64,000 nucleotides of DNA, taken from positions 19,036,001 through 19,100,000 of the forward strand of contig CM097885.1 in the NCBI GenBank assembly GCA_044892525.1. Direction: 5' to 3'. Of the stretch, positions 51,171 to 64,000 are shown piece after piece. The notes under the pieces were generated by a model. The model was not told the origin of the DNA. It worked only from the letters and a program-made list of their open reading frames with translations, and did no database searches. Numbering within the stretch: the stretch's first letter is position 1; each line of letters starts with the position of its first letter. Source of the DNA: Schmidtea polychroa. Taxonomy: Eukaryota. Made by a program: the position numbers and the translations under genes.

Positions 51171-51209
<39 letters not shown>

Positions 51210-51225
51210 TAAAATAATAATAATA

Positions 51226-51337
<112 letters not shown>

Positions 51338-53087
51338 GTTATCCATCTAGCTTAAGCCTATTTTTCATAGTTTATTTATTTTATCCGAAGCTATATATTA
51401 TATTTTATAATTTATTTCTTGTACTTGACCATTTAGTGTGATAATCTGGAATTTGAGTATTACATTTATTAAATATACAAATGCGAAACAAATTTGTTCA
51501 ACTATTTTACCAAAAATAATAAATGCATGAATTTAACTATTAAATAACTAAATGTTAATCAATTTCAAATTTCTGATTATTACCACATAATCATAATTTC
51601 AAGAAAAGGTTTCTTGATCCATTTTGATAGAATTTTGATAGAATAGAATTTCTAGAATTCTTTTATTTATTGAAAGATATTCTATGTATAATGTTCAGTT
51701 TTCTTTTTATTGGTGTTTTAGGAGGCTTTAGTTGAAATATTTCTTTCGGATGTTACCGCACTGCGAACTCAGCTCACTACGGATTTATCATCTGACATCA
51801 TTTTAAAAGACTTTATATCCCATTTGATACAAAAATTCACGCCTTTAACGATTGTTTTAAGTTCTCATAAATTGATGTTCCTAACATCATTTTGTTTTCT
51901 CAACCGATATATTTCTTCCATTATATTTACATGGAATTCTAACGCTGCTTCTATGACGAAATTTATTTAAAAGCCATTTTACTTTCTCTGATAATGTTAT
52001 ATCAATTGGTCGATCTCAATCTTCTTCACTTAATCTTTTGAGATGAGATATATATATAAACATTACAAGCTTTTACATTTTAAACGAGGAAATTTTCGAT
52101 TATAAGATAATACTTCCCAATCTATTTTCAATGAAATCAGTAATCTTGACAACAAGGAGACAAATAGTTCATCTTTGGTGTAGAGAAAATTTTCGTTTAT
52201 TTTAGTATTATTTTTAATGTATTATACAACTTTATCATTAATATAAGTTTTCAAAGCCACTGTGGAGTTTAGTTTCAAGCAGTAAATTTTCGAAACCATT
52301 TTAATGATGTTGAATTATTTAGAAAACGGTTTAAAAGATATTTTAAATTTAATGCAACAACAGCATAGATTTCGTCTTACTCTAGACTTTATGATAAAGT
52401 TGTAAGGAAAATGTAATTCTTTGCAAAATAATTTGTTATTCGATTTATTACAATTTATTATGTCCTTGATGATCAGGATTCAAAATACAAATTGTAATTA
52501 TTAACATTTTAGATTATTTAATATGTAAAACTTGTTTATTTATTTTTAAAATTATTTTATTTCCCTTTTCTAAGATATATAAGTCGCTAGGTACAATCGC
52601 ATATAAAATTTACGAAGTAGAGTTAAGTCTTTCAAATATGAAGGTTTATTTTTTAAATAAAAACTGAAACAATCCTCGTCAGTTAAAAAGACTTTATAGC
52701 CTTACTCCAATTATTATTCAAAATTATTCAACAATTAGCTAAACATATATGATACAATATGGAAAATATATTTTTTGGGAAATTTGCATTTATCTAAAAA
52801 TGACCGAAATGTTTTGAAAGATATTCCAATTTTAATTTTTATGTTGTAAAAAACAAAATAAATTCTCAAATAATAAAACAACATTAATTGTATTTTTCAG
52901 TCTATAAGTAGCTACTTTTTTTCTATTTAAAGACAAGAATGACTAATAGAAAGCAGTGGCTTATATGATAAAGTTTGTAACTCTTAAGGTAAGTATATTA
53001 CGTGTCGCGTGATTATATATCGAGTGATTATATGTCGATGTGATTAAGTGTCGTTGTTTAAATGTCGCGTGATTAACTGTCATGGAA

Positions 53088-53173
<86 letters not shown>

Positions 53174-53198
53174 TTCCATGACAGTTAATCACGCGACA

Positions 53199-53235
<37 letters not shown>

Positions 53236-53596
53236 ATCATTCATTTTTATACGTAATAATAAAGAACATGGTTTTTGGTGACTAAATACAAATTATAAGT
53301 TTTTAAGTCTTTCCATAAATGCAAACTAAAAATTGCTTTTGGTTATTTCTTTTAATTTATGAAAATACATTAGATTTATTTGATAGATTTTATATCTATT
53401 GGTTTATCTTATTGTTTCGATAATATAGAATGTTTCACAAAACCTGATACTGAATACTAACATTTAAATTAAGTAAATGTGACCATTGTTTTAATGGGTT
53501 ATTATAATTATTCGTCATTTTGTGTTTTAATTTATGGCGTAAACAGGTAAGCATTCTTCGTCACATCAGTTAAAAATTATAATTATTATGTATTAA

Positions 53597-53814
53597 CCCC
53601 TGAGATTCCGCGAGATTTTAGTACAGTCGTGCGCTACAGGCCGGGAATTTTTCGGCAAAAATAAAATTGATTTTATATTACATTATGTAAAATACTTGAC
53701 CTTAGCTAGTAAAAACAAATGCAAAGTATAGCGAGTTTACACGCTCATTTTGTATGAGCGGCGTGTGGCGCACGGAAATACAGAGCGTCTTAACACACTT
53801 ATGGCATTTAAAGG
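53597..53814. mobile_element. Possible piggyBac-type MITE
   Basis: TTAA|CCCC ... GG|TTAA boundaries around a GC-elevated block, with imperfect TIRs. Confidence 0.45.
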
Positions 53815-55838
53815 TTAAAATGTGATATTATTATTATAGTATTTATGTCTTATTTTTTATATTTAATAAAGTTACATTAATTTATTCAGATGTATGATGG
53901 TTGGAATTGTATTATCCATCCTGATTCATACTGCCACATATGTGGTAGCGTTACACCTGTTAAACAAAGATCGCGCAAATCAAAGTTCTTTAAATATGCA
54001 TATGAAGTCCGCTTTGGCCTTAATGTGGACAGCAGACAGTGTTTGCAAAAATAAATCATTTATAAACCAAAATCTTTGTTCTTTGGAATCCCTATGATAT
54101 GATGAGAGCCTAAAAATCGTATAATACAAACTGTTATTTTTGACTTTTCAGCATAAAAAGCTATAACACTAAGAACAAAATTAAACAAGTAAATGATAAT
54201 ATAAGCCCTTTGCTGCAAAGTATATATTCAATAAAATGAAATAATTCTCGGTAATAAAAATAATCCTTTTCAATTAGCAACACGAGTTACTCGAAATATA
54301 AAATTGCCTAAAGTAAAACTTATTTACAAATTTAAATATTGCATTGTTATGCACCATTTATAATTATGCAAATTTAATTAAACTACTCATTTTTATAGCA
54401 ATAAATTTTATTTATTAACTATAAAATTTTAAAATATGGATTTATTAAAAAAAATTGAAAGAAAAGTTGTAGAATAAAAACAAATAATTCAATAAAGATT
54501 ATTCTTGTATTTTGCAATTCTAGTTCATACAGCTGTAATAATTAAACTTTTTGTCTCGTATCTTTGTAGCATTTAATATTAATTGAATTTATGTTATTAT
54601 TTTGTTTAAATATCATTCTTCAATTATCTAGTTAATATGAATAGTCATATATAAATGTCAAACGAATGAATATAATTGTCCATAAGGTGTTAGACATAAA
54701 AATCTTTCTTTAAGTTACATTCCGAAAAAGCTAGAAAGCTAAAATTTTAATATATTTTTCTAAATAATTAAATTTTGATTTGAAATATATTCATTTTTTA
54801 CATACTTTCAAAACAGTCTTTATCTAGTGTCCGTCAAATATTCTTTATTTCTTAATTAACATAGAAATCAAGGTTTAATAAAAATTATTAGGATACAATT
54901 ATAATTAAAATATTTTAAAATCTTAAAATGCATTTTTAAAATATTAAATTTAAAAATAATTAATAAATTTATAAATAATTATTGTTAATATATAAAAAAT
55001 AGTAACAGTAAAATAGTAATTGTTCGATTATAAATAACTATTAAGGTTCGGTTTATTCATTTTTTTGAACATTTTATACAAATTTTATGTTAAAGTCAAT
55101 GATAAAGTAAATTGTATTATGTATTTTCACTGTATATGAAATAAAAAAATTCGTTTCATAAGATTTATTAAAATAAATTATGAAAAAAATAATTTTAGGA
55201 CAAATACAAACTTTGAATATATATTGTTACTTTGATTTTTTATATAAAATTCGTAAATTAATTAATTAATAAAAAATCTCCCAAAGCTACCATAATAAAT
55301 ATATTTACATAATTCGTATATTATTAAATGAAAAAATAAATTGTAAAAATATAAATTAATATTTGATAAATTACAATAGAAGTACTTACCGGCAATAAAT
55401 ATTCAAAATGGCCAATTTGCAAAACATGATAATATTTCTTCTGATTATTATTTCATATGCCTTATAATAATAGTATTTATATCTATTCATATAATTTATT
55501 TATGAAACCGTCATCAATTATTAATCACAAAAAAGCTCCTGCTGAATTTTGTGAAAGAAATCATCATTTTAAAACATAACATTAATTTCATTGATCCAAA
55601 AACTGAAATTTTCATTACTCCCTTGGGGATTTAGTTTTCAGTTTAATAAGTGAAAATAATTTTCCTGTTAAATTAATTTTATAATTTGTAAACTAAATCA
55701 ATAACATATCAGAAACAATAAAAAAAATAATTTATAAATAAAATAATAATGATAATAAATATTCAAGAATTATTTTTATTATTAATATTATTGTTAAAGA
55801 TTATTAATATTAAATTAATCAAATTTTAAATGTATTTT

Positions 55839-55871
<33 letters not shown>

Positions 55872-58800
55872 TATTATTATTATTATTAATATTATTAATA
55901 TTATTATCATTTTTATTATTATTTTTAATATGATTATTATTATTACATTTGTTAATAATATTTTCTAATTTCTGATACCTAGCAAATGGCAATGATATTT
56001 AAAATAAAATTTAAAGATAAATTATTGTCATTATAATTTTATCTTATGAATTATCTTATTTGATTGATCGGTACAAGAAAAAAGAGTTGTTATTAGACTT
56101 TTCCCACACATTATGCCAAAGTTTATTTTAGTCAAATAAATGACATGACCGAAAATTTCAAATCCATTTTAGTTTCAAATTAATGTTATCAAAAAATTCT
56201 AAAAAAATATTAATCTGGCAAAAAGATAGAAATTTCTCAAATTAAATATTTAATTCGCAGAATATAATTCTAAAATTAATGACATTTTAGCAAAAAATTC
56301 AATAAATTCAGGTCAATTACAGAAACTAATGGATTTGTACGATAAAATGTTCCATAATTCGCATTGAATTTTTATATAATAAAAATCATGAAGAATTTGC
56401 TGAAAGATTCCATTTGCTCATTTTGCAGAATGGCATCATTAATATTTTAGCTTCACTATTTATTTTATCCCATTTGTTCATTTCAACTGAAACAAATGAA
56501 ACAATTGTACAAATTGAGTTAAGTAAAATGTAATTGTGAGTTTATATATTTACTAAAACAAAATATCACAGGGAAACAATTTATAAATAAATGTAAAAGT
56601 ATTGATTAGTAGGATTAGCATTAAAACAAAAATCAAATTTGTAATTAATATAAAATTACTTGATTATCAAAATAATAAGCTGATTTCATAATAATTAATA
56701 TTATTCAAACAGCCGATTTAAATGGCAAATTAATTAATTTAATAATAATGATAATTATGCGTGCCAGCATTTATACTTATAACATTTTTACTTTTAATAA
56801 TATTTGTTACTTATGATACAATATATGTTTTATTTATAAATCAGTTATTTAAATATCCCTAGCAAAATTGATAAGTCAAGTGGAGGTCACAATGACACTT
56901 GATAAAAGGAATAAAGAAAATTGATGTTAAATGTAAAACCAATTGTTGAACAAAATGGTGATCGTTATTGAAAAGTCGAGATGAAAAAAATTATATATTA
57001 AAGAAAAGCTTTAATTAATAAAAATAGACATAAATTATATTAGAAAAATATCTAAGACCAAAGAAATGTTTAAAGAAAGTACAGATTGAAAATAATTGAA
57101 AATTTTATTAATATATTATTAATATTAATAAATTTATTAATATATATTAATATATCATTAATTTTAATATATTAAAACCATTCAATTAAATATTTGAAAA
57201 TAAATACCGACAAATGATTACCTTATTTGTCTTTTAGTTACTAAGGTATGTGTTAAATCTTTTGTCATCAAATTTGGACCCAATTTTAGCTTTAAGACTA
57301 AATCAGGGTAAAAGTGTAATGTGTAAGTAAAATATTTTACTAGTCTCAAAAAAATTTGTTTAAAAATATTATGATAGATTTATAAGAACTTCTTTCAATT
57401 TCACCTCTGATTTCTTTTCAGTCAACATTGTATTTATGATAAATTGACTTTGAATCAGTAAAGATATCGATGTCATTTTGATATCATTACTAATTCATAG
57501 TCAAGTTTTTATTAAATACAATTATGATAGATATTATTGTTATTATTTACAACATATATTGCATACAAATGAATATTAGCTTATGAACTTACATTTATTT
57601 CAACATTACCAAAAACATAAAGTAAAGTACAATAAAAAATTTTGTTATTTATTTTTAATATTTATATTAAAATATAAACAAAAATTTATTTTCTAAGTAT
57701 TCAGAATTTCATTATCAAACAGCTTGTCAAATACTAATTACAAAGTTTTTATCTTTCAAAATTTCGAAAATGAGTACCAAGATTCACAAATTACTGACTT
57801 CAAAATTTTAGTAAATATATCGAAAACAAAATCTTTTCGTGAATAATTTGAAATATTTAAAATTCTTTTTAAAAAACTTTAATTCAAACTAAATAAAAAA
57901 AAATTTTAAGATCCGTCGAAACAATTTATTGAAAAAGGCAGTTCCGAAAATTCGTGAGTATCAACAAACATCGATATATTAGTGATTTATAGTCTCTAAA
58001 CTCTCTTTGTAATTTATTTAATGTTTAAATTAGTTATGAAAGAATATGAACCACCATAATAGGATTAATGATAATGTATGCATGTTCTGGTATCCAATAA
58101 TAAATTGAAGCCATTCATTCAATGCTTACATACCAAATTGTGCAGTGCAGAACAGTGCAAACTGATATCACCAGTGATGCTCGTAGTATTAGAATGGTTA
58201 AAATTATTATTTGTATTTAACTCATTAATGCCAATTGAGTCGACATTGATCTTATTGAGATAATATATTTCTATAAAAATCATTTATAAACAAACTTGCT
58301 ATCAACTTAGAAATAGGTAGATTGGTTCCACAAAAGTACCGTGTAAAACGAAACCGAGTAAAGAAAATCGTGAAATTAAATACATTTTATATTGAAAAAG
58401 TAAAACAATATTACACATGTATTTTTAACATCTAAACAAAAAATTGCAAAAAACGAGTGTTTTTTCTGTCTGACCGTTTTTAACTGAAAATTAGTGTAAT
58501 ATTTCCACATTTCTGCAATCGTGTTAAACCGAAATCGTGCAAATCAAGTACCGTGTAGATCGAGGGTTAGATGTATATCAGCATGTCATTATAAATATGG
58601 TGGTTTGCAATATAGAAGTAATAAAAGATAATTTCAACATAAGTAATTCTAGGCATAAATGTATTATTATTAAAATTAATGCCAACACCGTCCCAAAATC
58701 TTAAGACTTTTTTTTACTTTTATTTGATAACCATTAGGTTATGGTCATTTTTGACCCACAATAAGTAATTATTGAAAATCTTTGTTTTAATTTCAATTAT

Positions 58801-59267
58801 AAAATATTTTAGTAACTTTCCATATTTAGAGCTAAAATGCCTACAATTTATTTTCTTGGCGTTGTTTATTCAAATGACTTCAGAGTTATTTAAAAGCCAA
58901 TGAAATACAATAATGAGTCTAATTTTAAGGTTTCAGGAAATTTTGTACTGTATTTTGGCTCTCACTAAAAAACCTAAATGTTTTTCCTTCTATATATAAC
59001 CTAAATATTTTTTAGGTTCCAGTATTTTTGTACAGGAGTTTATCGTAAGATATTTTCAATAGATGTTATAACAAAAGAAAATAGGTTAATATTTTAAAAT
59101 TAATTAAATTAGGAAATAAATTTTAAAGTAAATACAAAAATTAAATACAAAAGTTAATAATATTTTTTTAAATAAATAATAATTTAATTTAATAATTTTA
59201 AAAAGTAATGGATTTAATCTAATTTTTTTATGAAATAATTTTCAAAAATAATTTCTGATAATATATA

Positions 59268-59588
59268 GTCTGGGTCACACTGTAAGATATTCTTACAATT
59301 GATTAACTCACTAAGTTATGCAACTACCCCTCTGCACCACTAGGTCTAAAAAAAAGACCCTTTACCATACATATCAAGTCAGGATTTAACAAGGCTGCTA
59401 TCAAGTTCTTATCAATTTTAATAGATTTTTTAAAAGTAGTTTTTGATGTATAGGTTACAAAGCTTTTTATCAGAAGTTCATAATCTCAGATTCATCCGTT
59501 GTTTTAAGTTCTCCACAGTTTTGTCATGCAAACTATTATCTAATACCTTGTAATAGCTTTTATCTATTGTGTCTGTACTTTTAGCTCT

Positions 59589-59666
<78 letters not shown>

Positions 59667-59990
59667 AATAGCAGCTAATTTAAACTTTACAGCTCTGTGT
59701 ACATATTTACTTAACACCACTTCAATAACCCCCAATGAATTACATAATTCATTTTTGGGTAATGGATTAATATTAATCCTTCTACTTTTCATCCAACCGG
59801 TTTCATTTTTTTAGCTGCAAAATGAAAGTTGTCCAACTTATCGTAAAGCTCAGAAGAAATTTCAAGATCTACTTCAAACATATATATCTATAAGACAAAG
59901 ATTCTAGATTCAAAATGAAACATTCAGCCATTATGGAATTATATCCATCTAGTACCCAATAAAGTGCTAAATCATGTATTAATGAAAAAT
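59268..59990 (-). pseudogene. Decayed fragment of a related pPolB gene (older Polinton relic), interrupted by (TA)n
   Basis: Colinear nucleotide similarity to ~12550-13250, e.g. ATTTTAATAGATTTTTTAAAAGT, GGTTTCATTTTTT, CCAACTTATC.T.AAGCTCAGAAG, ATAAGACAAAGATTC. Confidence 0.85.
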
Positions 59991-60069
59991 TACAAAAGCA
60001 TAATTAATACGTATGGAAAAATTTAGTAACGAGCTACTATATGGGGGTGTGCGTTTACTAGTGTAATAT

Positions 60070-62340
60070 TTTTGTGATGCATCGATTTTCGTATGTCTTT
60101 TGAGGCCTTTTGATTACTCTTTCGATCACTTTGGTCTTGTTTGGTTGATATTCGTCGTAGTTAAAGCCTAATTTTCTTAAAATTTCGTTGTTCCTCTTAT
60201 TCCAGGAAACCAATGAACATACTACGAAGACATCTATTGTTGTGTGTAATCTAGTTTCTTCTTTAATATCTTGAGCTAGTTTTCTTTATTTATTAGAGTT
60301 TTTTGGTCTTGATGTTTCAATTGTAATTATGTCGTCGAATAATCATTTGATGTCAATAATCATTATTTTATCCTTCATTCTAACGACAATATTGAGCTTT
60401 AGAATTTCTTTTGCCACTTTTGTTTTGTCTCTATTTCAAAGTTTTGGTCTGCTTTTTAGTAGATCTTCTAAGGCTTTTTGTAGTTCGTTATGTTTGTTGG
60501 TACTCATCCTAGTTCCTTTTATGCACATGTTCAGTACGTGATTGGATTATTCGTGAAGATTATCACAATTTCTGCATTTGATGCTTGTTTTTCGGCAGCC
60601 TTAGTTTGATTGCTTCATATTAAGATTTAGTATATTGCCGCCATCCGTGATCTTTAAGGCATTCTAACACCATCCATTCAGTTTCGGTTGATTGAGGTAA
60701 TCTTAGTATGTGGCCTTGGCAATTGGCTTCGGTTCATTTTCTAAAATATGCCTCCAAACTTATTCAATGTAGATTCTTTGAAATTTTCTCTAGATGAGGT
60801 GGAATACTTCTTCTGACTTCTCTCGAGTACTGCATTTGAAGCTTTATGCTTCAATCTTTTGTTGAGCTCTGAGCAGTGATTCGAATATATTTCTTCCTTT
60901 TGTTTCCACTACTTTGAATATTTTGTTAACGTCATTCTTTTTGTGTTGCCTATTGATACACCTAAATAAATATAGAGATTATCTTTATTGATGTGCTTGA
61001 TCTTTGATCAGTTAATGTAGATGTTTTTTTACCCATCCAACTTCATCTGATTTATTTCTGTATTATCCGCATTTCTACAGGTTGAAGGTTAGCTGTGCTA
61101 GTTTAGATTCTTTCATTATTATATTTATCATTTCCTGTATTAGATGGTGCTCTGAAGCCATTAATACTAGATCATCCGCGTATACTAGTATACTTATTTT
61201 ATTTCTTGCCAGTTGTATTCCTTTGTTGCTGTTGATGACTTTTGTATAAGGTATTCTATACAGAGACTAAAGATAGTCATCGACCATGGGTATCCTTATT
61301 TTACTTTGTTAAAGTTTACTAGATGTTATAGTTCCACTTTGGTAGATGATGGAGCAATATTTATAACATTGTTGTAGTCGTTTTATTGTTTTTTTGTTTT
61401 TCTATTTCTTGGTGAGTGAGCCAGATTATTTCATGAGGTTTGCTCCAAAGGCGTCCGCAAGATGAACACGAAATGATATTCTTGATTCTTGTGTTTCTTT
61501 CTATTTGATATTTATTTTTGACGTAGTTATATTTATCGTATCCGTTGGCGGTATTTATTGCTTTCTGTCATTTTGATATTAATCTGTGTTCGTAGATCCA
61601 TTGAAGCAGTCTTTTGTTCATGATTTTTATGAATCTTATGCAGTTGGTAGACATAATTGCAATACACCTCGTATTAGCTGAGTTTTGGCTTTAGTTATTT
61701 TTCCTGATTTTATTAAGAGTTTGTTATGCTCGGTGTTAGCTCTTCAACTCTCTTTTGCTGTTTGGTCTATTTCTTTAAATGCCATTCAGCAGTTCAGGTG
61801 ATATAGTCTTTGAATCTGATAGGAGCACATTGCCAATTTTCTATTTTTTGATATGAATGCCCTTTATGGTTAAGAACCATTTAAGTATTTGTCCTTGAAC
61901 CATTTCAGAATGTCGCTTATTGATATTTGATGGAGTCTGAACTGGTTGATGACATTCTCTATTTCCTCGTTTCTTTCTTTCGAGGAGCATTTTTATATCT
62001 CTTAATATCATCTATTATAAATCGTGTATTCTGAATTTTGGACGTTGTTTCTGGGTTCCTTTGGGTATCTGAGGAAGTTCATAATGTATTGCATTACAAA
62101 TAAACCAGAGTCATATTTAAAGTTTTGCTTTGAATAGTTATTTATGCTCAATATCTGGAATTTGATTTCTTTTTTCCGCGTTTAAGTTGAGGATACTGCC
62201 CATTTTTCTCTTAATGGCTGTTTTCTGATCTTAGGATACATTATCACAGATTTTTAATCTTTTTTCTTAGCTAGGTACACTGTCCAGTGTCCACCATTCC
62301 AATGGATCAACCAAATAGTTTGTTCCCATCTCACAAGTGT
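60070..62340 (-). mobile_element. Degenerate non-LTR retrotransposon, NeSL-like (Ulp1 protease + RT + CCHC + restriction-like endonuclease)
   Basis: Minus-strand translations: HWNGGHWTVY (~62280-62310), KQNFKYDSGLFVM (~62090-62130), DLADAFG-like (~61450), VK*GYPWSMTIFSL (~61265-61305), LVYADDLVLMA (~61156-61188), CRNC...HVLNMC (~60525-60578) and IVV...IIDIK (~60345-60395). Many stops and frameshifts. Confidence 0.8.
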
Positions 62341-64000
62341 ATCTATATTTAGTTTTTTGAACAAGGTTTTTCTGTTATTATTGTGTGTTTTTTTAAATGC
62401 TGTTCAAATTTCAGGAAGAGAGTTTGATTTGGTTTTATATCCTATTATTATGGAAAAATAATTTTGCAAATCAAATTACGAGGCATCATTTACGCTTCTA
62501 TGCTTGAAAAGATTAAATTTCTTTTAAGAATGAGATCAAACCCTATGTTTCAATATTAGCTAGATATAGACAACATTTCGCATACTTTTCAATTTATTAA
62601 TAAAACAATTAAGAAACTAAAGTTTTCTAAAATGTTGAAAGTAAATCTTAGGAAGACTTAAAAATTATAATATTAGATGATTTAATATATTCATGATTGT
62701 AAAAAATATTTATAAAGTGATGAATTCTTGTTAGCAGCATTAATTAAATGTTAAACAATTAAATGATAATTTAAGCCTTTTTACTGAGAGGTAGATATGA
62801 AAGAATTTTCAATTATAAAAATAATAATTATTTATAGTTGAACATTCTTTCATTTTATTAAATATATACTTCGAAGTAAAAGGCTTAATTTTTTAAGGTA
62901 AAATATATGATTATAAAACCAACAACTAAAAATGTTATTTCTTAGTGTGTACCAAAATAACACTTAACTAATTAATTATAAAAATTCATTTTCAATTAAA
63001 AAAAGAAATAATAAAAGCTGATTTACGTAAGACCAATATGTCACCATCCAAGTGAAAATATATTTAATTTATTATTTTTCAATGAATTAAATGAACATAA
63101 AAGTCATAAATTAAGATAACTTATTATTATATTTATTTTAAAGAAAAATAATTTAAATAATAGAAAATGAATATCTTTTGTATAATTCACCACACTAATA
63201 CACGTCTACCAAAACATTGATGTATAAAACATATTCAAACTGTTTATTTGAATACCAACCATCTTTTAGTTATGGGAAACGATAAAATCATTTTTTTTTA
63301 TTTATTTCATTATTTTTATAAATTATAAATATGTCACTATGAACATTTGTGATTTTGAAAAAAAGAGTTTATTTGGTTCTTCGATCCCCTCTTATTATTT
63401 TTAAATTATTGACTGTTCTATTTAGTATTAATACATTTTAATACATACCAATTTAATATATTTTTCATTTTAAAATTATAATTGATGTACATAGTAATGT
63501 TTCTTATTAGTTTTTTTCTACTACATAATATAAGAACTTTGATCTCAAGGCAACAAAAGTCTTAAGAATGATATTTACATATATTATAAAACTTCAATTT
63601 ATATGTTATATTATAAAGTTTATCTATAAAAAGTGCTAAATAATAAATAATTTCTTACATTAACCCCTTCGTTGCGACCATATAGAAATGCTGTGTGTAA
63701 CATGATAATTTGGTAATGTAATTTTGTTAAAACAAAGGATTTTTTATAATAAAACTTATATAGGGTTCCAAAGACTATATACAAAAAAATAACATTTTAC
63801 ATACATCTCACCTGAATTCATTAATATTTTACGTGAATTTTATCCCAAAACATGACTATAGTAAAATAAATAACTAGATATGGAGATCGAATTTTGATGA
63901 AAATATGAATACTAATAAAAATCTTTGAAATATGAGCCAATGCAAATATAAAGGATGCTTATAACTATTAGGGTTGCAAGGTGACACCTTAAAGAATACC

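Noticed and set aside
58335..58576. Possible Tigger-like MITE (CCGTGT subrepeats, CGAGGGTTAGATGTA end)
   Set aside because: I could not identify a matching left TIR or TSD.

Overview
Very AT-rich eukaryotic DNA with many (AAT)n and (TA)n microsatellites. A planarian/flatworm-like host is a guess from composition and transposon content. The dominant feature is a 15,164-bp Polinton/Maverick-type element (10517-25680) that is almost entirely one palindrome. It has two ~7.1-kb near-identical inverted arms around a unique 947-bp repeat-rich spacer, AGTAG...CTACT termini and a perfect 6-bp target-site duplication (TATCCT). Each arm carries one outward-pointing unit: a 4-exon small Cys/His gene, an in-frame TAA, a PolB N-terminal ORF, a -1 frameshift, and a 999-aa protein-primed DNA polymerase B with an EndoVII-like domain. 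I see no integrase, capsid, ATPase or protease gene. The rest of the window is transposon debris and pseudogenes: an older diverged pPolB relic, a NeSL-like non-LTR relic (Ulp1+RT+REL), Penelope-like relics and termini, hAT MITEs, a Chapaev-like transposase fragment, a Rab1::proteasome-alpha chimeric ORF and an RNF115/126-like processed pseudogene.
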